From an uncultured Verrucomicrobiae bacterium (GTDB lineage: Bacteria > Verrucomicrobiota > Verrucomicrobiia > Limisphaerales > Palsa-1400), in assembly GCA_963764165.1 (NCBI GenBank), contig CAVXRD010000002.1:2816001-2880000 (forward strand): a stretch of 64,000 bases of DNA, given 5' to 3'. How positions within the stretch are numbered: the first letter of the stretch is position 1; each line of letters starts with the position of its first letter. Positions 56,714 to 64,000 of this stretch are shown piece after piece. The position numbers were made by a program, and so were the translations under genes. A model generated the notes under the pieces. That model was given only the letters and a program-made list of their open reading frames with translations, was not told where the DNA came from and made no database searches.

Positions 56714-57871
56714 TTACCTCGCCCACGAAGGTTGGGAGCAGCTTCCCGAAATCTGCCTGACATCTTTGACGTGTTTCGTTGGCACGTCAAGCAAACTAAG
56801 GATTCGTTTATTACCGACTTGCCTGGTGAAGATGAGCGTGCGGGAATTGGGCGCCCAACACGGATCTTCGCCTGCAACCAATTTTTGCGCGTCGCCGCCC
56901 GCCGCGGGGACGACACAAATCGTAAAATTCCGGCTGCCGCTGGTGAAGGCAATCCACTTGCCATCGGGCGACCAATCCGGCGAGGTCAAATTTCCATAAA
57001 CTCCGGCAATGCGCAGGTTGCTGGGAGCGCCGCCGTTGACGCTGATTTTTTGCAATTTGGCCTGTCCGCTGCGGCACACGAAACAAATCTCCTGGCTGTC
57101 CGGCGACCATGTCGGCGAAGAGTCGTCGTCCCGGCTGTCGGTCAATTGTTTGAGTCCGGTTCCGTCGAAGTTGCGAACCCAAAGATTTGGGCTGCCCCCT
57201 TTGCTGCAAATCATAGCGACCTTTTGCCCATCCGGGGAAACCTCAGGGCTCAAGTTCGCGCCGGGATAATTGGCAAAAATCTGGCGCTCTCCAGTGCTGA
57301 TGTTGTGGTGGAGAATGGGTTCGCCGCCGTTTTGCCACGAGGTGTAAAGAAGTCCCTTGCCGCCCGGAATCCAGCACGGGCCGGTGACGAGCGTGCCGTC
57401 GTGCGTCAGCACGGCGGCGTTGGCCCCGTCAAAATCCGAGACGCCAATTTCCGTCGATGTTCCCTCCTGCCGGCGAAAGGCAATCCGCGTCTGGAAAATA
57501 GGGACGGTGTTGCGGATTTGTTTGACAATGTCATTGGCGAAGGCGTGGGCTTGGGTGCGTGGCGCGCCCCCCGCGTAACCGCGCGCCCAGAACGGCCGCC
57601 CGCCTGCCGGCGAGAGAGTGCCGTCAAGCTGCCCGTTCTGCGTTCCCTTGATCTGGAACTGCGCAGCATCCGGCGAAACGATCGTCATGCCGAGCGCTTC
57701 CAAATCAAATTTCAAAACCGAATCAATCTCGCCGCTAAAGCCTTCCACGGAGACGGGAATCAACGATTCAGCCTCGCTGGCCTTGGTAACGTGCAAGGTA
57801 TCCTGGGCCTGGGAGCAAACGCTCAGCGCCATTAGAATCGCGGCGCACAAAAATTTTGACTGAATCTTCAT
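56714..57871 (-). CDS. tolB: TolB beta-propeller protein
   Basis: AHAFAND, TRIAF, SDFDG, repeated SP.WSPDG (PD40) units; operon position. Confidence 0.9.
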   Translation of the reverse strand: MKIQSKFLCAAILMALSVCSQAQDTLHVTKASEAESLIPVSVEGFSGEIDSVLKFDLEALGMTIVSPDAAQFQIKGTQNGQLDGTLSPAGGRPFWARGYAGGAPRTQAHAFANDIVKQIRNTVPIFQTRIAFRRQEGTSTEIGVSDFDGANAAVLTHDGTLVTGPCWIPGGKGLLYTSWQNGGEPILHHNISTGERQIFANYPGANLSPEVSPDGQKVAMICSKGGSPNLWVRNFDGTGLKQLTDSRDDDSSPTWSPDSQEICFVCRSGQAKLQKISVNGGAPSNLRIAGVYGNLTSPDWSPDGKWIAFTSGSRNFTICVVPAAGGDAQKLVAGEDPCWAPNSRTLIFTRQVGNKRILSLLDVPTKHVKDVRQISGSCSQPSWAR

Positions 57872-57873
57872 TG

Positions 57874-58908
57874 CTAAGACTTCTTTGATTCGAGATTGAA
57901 TTCAATGATATACATCCGCTCGGAATCGTGCGCTCCGGCGGGAAAAGGTGGAACTTTTTGCACCAGGCGCAACGCGTCTGTCACCGTGCGATCCAACGCC
58001 CGGCTCCCAGACGAGCGCACGAGCGCCGCAGAGCGGATCGATCCATCCCTGCCAATAATCACCTTCGCCTGCGGCCAAGATGTGTTTCCGATTCCTTCAT
58101 CCGGCGTGATCCAGGCATTGCGATAAATCGCCTTAACGACGTCGCCATAACCCGCAAAGGCGTCCCCGCCGCCGACACCGGCCAAATCTTTCGAAATGTC
58201 CGTCGAGCCGGTGCTGGTCTTGACCCCGCTGGCCAGTCCATCGAGCGCTGCCTCAAGCGCCTTGCCCCGGGCGGCTGCCTCAGCTCGCGCCGCCGCCTCA
58301 CTTGACGCGCCGTCGCCGGACGAAAGCGTGGTGCGAAGGCTGGTGACAACGGGCTTGCTCGATTTCACGGGCTTGGATGTTCCAAGGCTGATCTCGCCAA
58401 AGGTTGGCTTCACCTCAACATTATGATGCCCGCTGCGCTTTGGCGGGCTCCTGGGCTTCGCAGGTTCCATCGAAACTTCTGCCCCGGTTTCCTGATCGGG
58501 CTGCGGGTCGGGAGTCGGCTGATGGCGCGGTACAGTGTGTTCGACATGCGTTAGCGCTTCGGCCTGCTTGGTCTCTGGCTCGGGCGGCGGTGGCGGCTTC
58601 GGATGATGGACGGGCGGCGCCTGATGCGGAACCTGATGTGTGATCGGCTCTTGCGCCGGAACCGGCGTGGGCGGAACGGTGTGCGGAGGCGCGGGACGTT
58701 CGGTTGGAGGAGAAACCAGAGGCGCCCCGCCGCCTCCGCCAGCGCCGGAAGCGTCAATGATGTTGGCTGGTATCAACGTCATCCGCTGAAAATCTGAATC
58801 ATTCTTAGCCGGCATCGAAACAAAGGCGGAACTGAAAATGAGAATTCCCAGCAGCGCGACATGCACGCAGACCGAGAACACAAAACATTTTTTCGCTGTC
58901 CTGTTCAT
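57874..58908 (-). CDS. tolA: TolA/TonB-family energy transducer
   Basis: TM with SVCVH, Pro-rich linker, C-terminal IGRDGSI...SSGSRALD..VPPFP. Confidence 0.8.
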   Translation of the reverse strand: MNRTAKKCFVFSVCVHVALLGILIFSSAFVSMPAKNDSDFQRMTLIPANIIDASGAGGGGGAPLVSPPTERPAPPHTVPPTPVPAQEPITHQVPHQAPPVHHPKPPPPPEPETKQAEALTHVEHTVPRHQPTPDPQPDQETGAEVSMEPAKPRSPPKRSGHHNVEVKPTFGEISLGTSKPVKSSKPVVTSLRTTLSSGDGASSEAAARAEAAARGKALEAALDGLASGVKTSTGSTDISKDLAGVGGGDAFAGYGDVVKAIYRNAWITPDEGIGNTSWPQAKVIIGRDGSIRSAALVRSSGSRALDRTVTDALRLVQKVPPFPAGAHDSERMYIIEFNLESKKS

Positions 58909-59327
58909 GGATGTTGCGCGGGGGCCGATTTGGCCGCCATTTGAATGTGGTTCCTCATGCAGACATCGAATACGGCCATCACCGGACCCCATGCGGCACT
59001 CTTGTCCCCCGCCACGTAAACCACCAGCTTGGAATCCTGTGTGTGCGCGCGCACAAGTTCCGCCTCCAATTGCTGCAGCGTCAACCGGTTTCCACGCAGC
59101 CAGTAGGTTCCGTTCGGCGTGATTTCCACCCGGCGCACGTCCTTCGGATCGATGTTCTGATTATCCGGACGGCCCATGTTTTGCGGAAGCTGCAGCGGCA
59201 ATTGCTGCTCCAGCATCGGGCGCGTGATCACGAAAATGATCAACAGCACGAACGCCAGGTCAAGCAGCGGGGTAATGTTGATTTCGTTCAACGTCACCAG
59301 CGGATTGCGTTGCGAAAAGCGCCTCAT
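58905..59327 (-). CDS. tolR: TolR/ExbD family protein
   Basis: EINITPLLDLAFVLLIIF. Confidence 0.88.
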   Translation of the reverse strand: MRRFSQRNPLVTLNEINITPLLDLAFVLLIIFVITRPMLEQQLPLQLPQNMGRPDNQNIDPKDVRRVEITPNGTYWLRGNRLTLQQLEAELVRAHTQDSKLVVYVAGDKSAAWGPVMAVFDVCMRNHIQMAAKSAPAQHP

Positions 59328-60049
59328 TCGTCCTTCAAGTATTCCGTTTCCATCTTGGAGGTCAGCTCCTGGGCAAAGTTGTCCAGCTCGACAGTCCTGA
59401 CGCGCAGGGTGTGAACGAGGTAGTTATAGGCAAACATCGAGGGAATAGCAACGAACAGCCCAGCCACCGTCGTGATCAAGGCGGCCGAGACGCCCGGAGC
59501 CATCGTCGGCAAATCTGCTGAGCCCTTCATGCCGACCTCGGCAAAGGTATCCATCACGCCCCAAACCGTTCCCAGCAAGCCAAGAAACGGGGCGCCGCTG
59601 ACCGCGATGGCCAGCAATATCAAGCCCGCTTCGAGCTTTAAACATTCTCGCGCCACCGCGCCTTCAAGCGTTCGTTTGATGTGTTCCATGCTTTTGAGCG
59701 AGATGAATTTCTTGCGCGGTTCATCCGGCCCGCCTTGGACGCGAGCGTTCAGCTCCACGCATCCTTCCTGGTAGACAGCAAACATCGGGCAGCCGATGAC
59801 TTGCAGGCGGCGGTCGAAAATTTCGAGCACGGCTTTTGAGCCGCGGAATTCGCCGTCGAAATGCGTGTTGAGCTTTCGCGCGCGCCGCATTTGCAGCGCC
59901 TTGAAAACCATCATGTACCACGCCACGATGGAAACGACGGCGAGAACAGCAATAATGCACTTGGCGGCAACGGTCGCCTTGTCCCAAATGAAATGCATTT
60001 GCGTTTCCGCAAAAAAGCAATAGGAAACACTCATCAAAAGCCATGACAC
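59324..60049 (-). CDS. tolQ: TolQ/ExbB proton-channel protein
   Basis: APFLGLLGTVWGVM, APGVSAALITTVAGLFVAIP. Confidence 0.9.
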   Translation of the reverse strand: MSWLLMSVSYCFFAETQMHFIWDKATVAAKCIIAVLAVVSIVAWYMMVFKALQMRRARKLNTHFDGEFRGSKAVLEIFDRRLQVIGCPMFAVYQEGCVELNARVQGGPDEPRKKFISLKSMEHIKRTLEGAVARECLKLEAGLILLAIAVSGAPFLGLLGTVWGVMDTFAEVGMKGSADLPTMAPGVSAALITTVAGLFVAIPSMFAYNYLVHTLRVRTVELDNFAQELTSKMETEYLKDE

Positions 60050-60232
60050 GGCGGCTCAAGGCCACCGCTGCTTTAGAGCCAAACGTGGAGGAATGAAATG
60101 GTCACTTTTTTTTCACGTCCAGCCCCTCAATTACGACCATCTGCCAACGAATTTAATCAAAAGCCCGCGTTTGGCAACGGAATTCGCAAAAAAAGGCGTT
60201 TTACAGAGGGAAAAACTCGGAAAAGTTGAATC

Positions 60233-60486
60233 TGGAACTCCCGAACGCAGGAAAAGAGACTGAATTTTGTTCCGGCGCATTGTTAGTTCTGGCGCGCCGT
60301 TATGTTTTGCGTTCCGGAATCCACGTCGCCACCATCGCCTGAAAAACGAGTCCGGCCTCCTTTCCTGATCGCGCCTTGGCGGCAGGGTGTTTCACATTAT
60401 ATATAATCTCCAAAAACCGGTAACATCGGTTACATCGTTGATTTTCAGACACTTAAATGGTAACACACCGGTAACAACCGGTAACA
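60233..60486. repeat. second copy of composite element family F
   Basis: 26 bp identical to 19962-19987; ATATATAATCTC; GGT(A/T)ACA at 60419, 60428, 60459, 60470, 60480. Confidence 0.75.
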
Positions 60487-60785
60487 TTTCCGGAATCCGG
60501 CGCGCCGTTTCGCAGACGTGAAAAACCAAGGGTGCAATAGGGTGCAAGAGCGTGCAACGCCCCAATTACGATTCAACAGCCTGTTTAAGGGGTGCGATTG
60601 GAAATGCGTGAGACGCCAGTAATATTGGGGCGGCGACGCAGCGACGCCCTCCCGCAATTTGGCAGGGCGGACCTGCGTGTCCGCCCAAATATTCACTCGG
60701 GATCTGATTGTCCCCGATTTTCAGCAGGGCTGCGGGTATGTCTTTGCGTTCCTCTGCGCACTCATCTTCTCTGCGCGAGAATTCT

Positions 60786-60856
60786 TTTTCCTCTGGCAGG
60801 CCGTTGATGATGATGCGTCTGATCCCGCCCTCGATCCGCTCCAGACCAAAATCAAG
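60786..60856 (-). pseudogene. 3' remnant of a GxxExxY-family gene
   Basis: Translates as LDFGLERIEGGIRRIIINGLPEE, resembling the GxxExxY C-terminus (LINFG...DGIRRIVNGL). Confidence 0.55.
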
Positions 60857-61253
60857 AACGATTTGGTTTCATCGTTGCATTAAAGGCAATCTCGCGCGGA
60901 GGCGCAGAAAACGCAGAGTCTTCTCGCCGAATTGAATCAAATTTCCCACTGCTCCCCTGCAATGAACTGCAAAATATCAAAGAACACGCCCTGGCGGCGA
61001 CAGCGGAAAAATAAGCCCGAAAGCCGCTTCGGTCAATTAACATTGCAATTACACCATTCTGTGGTATTGCGGCCAGCATGTCGAACGGGCCATCGATTGT
61101 CCAGGCGTGGCCGGAGGCAAAATCGTCGGCCCGAGGCGCGGGGGCAGGAGCGCTGCGGGCGGGCGGGCCGCACTGATGACCCCTATTTGGTTAGGTTCCA
61201 GTTATTTTTCGCCCTTAATCTTCTCTTCAGGTCGGTTGTGTCAAAGTAGGCGC

Positions 61254-62645
61254 ATGAAGGCGAATATTTCCCAAAAAGTTGCGCGGCGAACCGCGAAATT
61301 CCTTGCCGCATTGGCAATCATGGCCGGGTCCGCCGATGCCCAATTGGCGCCGGTCGCTTCTTTGAGTCTCGCGCCGGCCAGCAACGCCATGCTCAACTTG
61401 AGCATCAGCAATGCAGGCGACGAAACCTGGGTCATTCAGAGTTCGAGCGATCTCATAAACTGGACCACCACGGACAGCCTTAAGGTATTTAATGGCATTT
61501 ACCAGCGGAGTTACACAAAGAGTCCGGCCGGAAGCCTTTTTTACCGGGGCTTCTGCAATGCCGGCAGCCTCTACAGCGCCGATACCACAACGAATGCGCT
61601 TTTGCTGCCGGGAACGTACTATAATTACGCCTCGCCGGTTCTGCCTGCCAGCTTTTCAGCGCAGCCGATTCTGGCGGAGGACGACACGCCGGCAAACAAT
61701 CCCACCACCGATGCCGGGGCCACGCTGGGCCGCGTGCTTTTTTACGACAAGCGGCTTTCGACCAACCAGACCATTTCCTGCGCGTCGTGCCACCAGCAGG
61801 CTCATGGGTTTTCTGATCCGCGCCAGTTCAGCGTCGGCTACAACGGCAGCAACGGCACACGCCATGCGATGGGCTTGAGCAACGCGCGCTGGTACCAGCG
61901 CAAGCACTTTTTCTGGGACGAGCGGGCCGGCACGCTGGAAGACCAGACGCTGCAGCCGATTCAAAATCCAATCGAAATGGGCATGACGCTCAGCGCGCTG
62001 ACCAATCGCCTCGCGGCCGAGCCCTTCTACGCGAGCTTGTTCACCGCCGCCTTTGGCTCGCCCGCCGTCACGACCAATGCCATTTCCTTTGCGCTCGCCC
62101 AATTCGTCCGCTCCATTGTCTCAACGCAATCTCGCTACGACATCGGCGAGACGAACAACTTTGCGAACTTCACCGCACAGGAAAATTTGGGCCGGCAGAT
62201 TTTCTTTGGACAGAGCGGCAACCCGCCCGCCACCTGCGCGGTGTGCCACGCCACGGATAATTTTGTGCCGACCACCACCCTGAACAACAATGGGCTGGAG
62301 TATCCTTACGTTGACCTGGGTGTTGGCGGCATCACAGGGGTGGCTGCGCAAAATGGCCTGTTCAAGGTCCCCTCGCTGCGCAACATCGCGCTCAAAGCTC
62401 CTTACATGCACGACGGAAGGTTCACAAATCTGGCCCAGGTGGTGGCCCATTACAGTTCTGGCATCGTCAACAATCCCAACCTCTCGCCGCCGCTGATTGG
62501 CCCTGGCGGCATGCCGTTGCAACTGAATCTGACGACGGCGCAGCAGGCCGCCCTGGTCGCGTTCCTCAATACGCTGACGGACACAAACCTCGCCAGCGAT
62601 CCAAAACTGTCCGACCCGTTCAACTACGGAAATTCCAGCCAATGA
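61254..62645 (+). CDS. di-heme cytochrome c peroxidase/MauG family protein with N-terminal FYR-type domain
   Basis: Signal peptide; LGRVLFYDKRLS, CASCH, FFWDERA, CAVCH, FKVPSLRN, PYMHDG. Confidence 0.93.
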   Translation: MKANISQKVARRTAKFLAALAIMAGSADAQLAPVASLSLAPASNAMLNLSISNAGDETWVIQSSSDLINWTTTDSLKVFNGIYQRSYTKSPAGSLFYRGFCNAGSLYSADTTTNALLLPGTYYNYASPVLPASFSAQPILAEDDTPANNPTTDAGATLGRVLFYDKRLSTNQTISCASCHQQAHGFSDPRQFSVGYNGSNGTRHAMGLSNARWYQRKHFFWDERAGTLEDQTLQPIQNPIEMGMTLSALTNRLAAEPFYASLFTAAFGSPAVTTNAISFALAQFVRSIVSTQSRYDIGETNNFANFTAQENLGRQIFFGQSGNPPATCAVCHATDNFVPTTTLNNNGLEYPYVDLGVGGITGVAAQNGLFKVPSLRNIALKAPYMHDGRFTNLAQVVAHYSSGIVNNPNLSPPLIGPGGMPLQLNLTTAQQAALVAFLNTLTDTNLASDPKLSDPFNYGNSSQ

Positions 62646-62795
62646 ACCCGCAACCGGGCTCTTGCCAAAGAACGGTGTCACTCAACACATTTGCGCGTTT
62701 TTTTCGACGATTGCAGAAATGACAAACGACCCGCTTTAATGGCATGGTCATTTCGCGCAGCGCGGAAATCGCGCGCGAACGGGAAAATCAGGAAT

Positions 62796-63062
62796 ATGGC
62801 TCAAATAAGATCGCCAATTATGGCCTGCCGGTATGCCGTTCGGCTTGTCCGAGGACTGCTCTTCGACTTGCTCTGTCACGGACAATTCAAGGCGGATGGC
62901 TGTGTCTTTGAAATTCCCAAAGCAATTACGACGCGTTTTCTTCGGGGTTCTTGTTTGGGGAATGCTTATGAAATCAATGAGCGGACAGACGTGATGGAGC
63001 ACTGCCTGAATGAAATGCGCCGGGCGCGGCAAGAAATGCTTGCGCGGCTGGACGCTACGTAG
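62796..63062 (+). pseudogene. possible truncated FkbM-type methyltransferase N-terminus
   Basis: FKADGCVFEIPK.ITTRFLRG....AYEINER resembles the segment before the SAM-binding motif; that motif is absent. Confidence 0.35.
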
Positions 63063-63407
63063 GAAAGTAAGGTCATGAAGATGAAATTGCTCAGCCGCCA
63101 CATCCGATCGGGTGATGATCTGTGCGCGATTGAAGACAAGTTTTCCGCCGCGCCTGGGCCAAGCCCGATGGCATTTGCGGCGCGTCACGGCTTGAAGCTA
63201 TCCAAGCCGTATGTGGCGTTCATGCGCAGCCAGAAGTCCAATGGCAATGATGCGCGTAAAATCGCGCAGCCTCGCCGCAAGCCGGTTGCCGCTTGATCGA
63301 ATCTTTTTTTGGCAGGTTCATACGCGCGATTCGCGCGAGAACAAGGGTGTGACTAAAGGTGGGTGAGGCGCAAGTGAGATTGCCGCCCATTTTCGCTTTG
63401 AGCGGAC

Positions 63408-63588
63408 CGCGGCTGTGTCGAAGACCAGCCGCAGCTGCTTCGAAACGAGTGGCGCGTTGGAAAGAGTTCCACGGCTGGCCAGCCGCAGTTCCGAAGTCTT
63501 GACATGTTTTTCGGAGTTGGGCCACAGCAAGATTCGTCTTCGGTTGTTTGAGTGCTGCTGCGGCTGGTCTTCGACACAGCCGCGCTCC
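63408..63588. repeat. REP-like inverted doublet (family B)
   Basis: CGCGGCTGTGTCGAAGACCAGCCGCAGC (63408-63435) and its reverse complement from 63557; same unit as 7883-7982. Confidence 0.88.
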
Positions 63589-63692
63589 GCCTGTCAGCCT
63601 GCGTCCATCACCCGCTTTCAATCACACTCCGGCGAACAAGCCAAGCCGCAAATCAACTTGTCGCGACTGGGTTTCCAGATTAAGGTGCTCGT

Positions 63693-63914
63693 GTGACTGC
63701 GGTTTCCAAAGTGCTGGTTGAAATTGTAGATGCGCTGCCCGATGAAAAAGCGCGGGAAGTGGTGGACTTCGCCCGCTTTCTTCAATTCCAAACGGGGGAC
63801 GCGGAATGGGAGCGCATCCTTGATGTTTCCCGGTCTCGTCCGAAGTTGGACGCTTTTGTGGAGTCAGCGTTGCGGGAAGAATCCGCCGAAACGCTGGACC
63901 GCTCCCGGTTGTGA
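63693..63914 (+). CDS. putative antitoxin (DUF2281-like)
   Basis: 73 aa, LPDEKAREVVDFARFL...DAEWE..KLD; stop overlaps the next GTG. Confidence 0.65.
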   Translation: MTAVSKVLVEIVDALPDEKAREVVDFARFLQFQTGDAEWERILDVSRSRPKLDAFVESALREESAETLDRSRL

Positions 63915-64000
63915 TCTCCAAGGTTCGCCCTTCATTTTGGCGCGCCTATGACCGTTTGTCCCCGGCCGTTAAATAGCGGGCAAAGATCGCCTGTGAGGTC
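63911..64000 (+). pseudogene. RelE/ParE-like toxin with premature stop (runs off the window)
   Basis: MISKVRPSFWRAYDRLSPAVK*RAKIACEV; TAG at 63974-63976. Confidence 0.6.

Overview
64 kb of GC-rich bacterial chromosome. The DUF1501/DUF1549-DUF1553 module, futalosine-pathway mqnC and 'FYRL'-type terminal domains suggest Verrucomicrobiota subdivision 3 (Pedosphaera/Limisphaerales-like); this is inference. Core genes: mutY, threonine synthase, galM, araB, bioF-bioA, an RluE-like synthase, glnK-amtB, glnA, mqnC and tolQ-tolR-tolA-tolB-pal. Accessory genes: a YtrA/ABC operon, a LinD-like operon, a four-gene glycan-modification cluster and several secreted proteins. The intergenic DNA is dense in non-autonomous repeats (MITE/REP-like, at least six families), plus one complete 1300-bp IS4-family element inserted into such a repeat. 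Most interesting: (i) a lower-GC island with a secreted MACPF/CDC-like protein divergent from a LuxR regulator; (ii) a ~60-aa 'W...FYRL' domain shared by three unrelated exported proteins; (iii) a ~270-300-bp element whose two copies keep the same nested stems through compensatory changes, one fused in frame to bioA; (iv) a duplicated iteron-like element; (v) a GT2/GT-C/GMC-oxidase/reductase cluster. No tRNA, rRNA or CRISPR array was recognised. All family calls come from motif recognition by eye; no database search was run.
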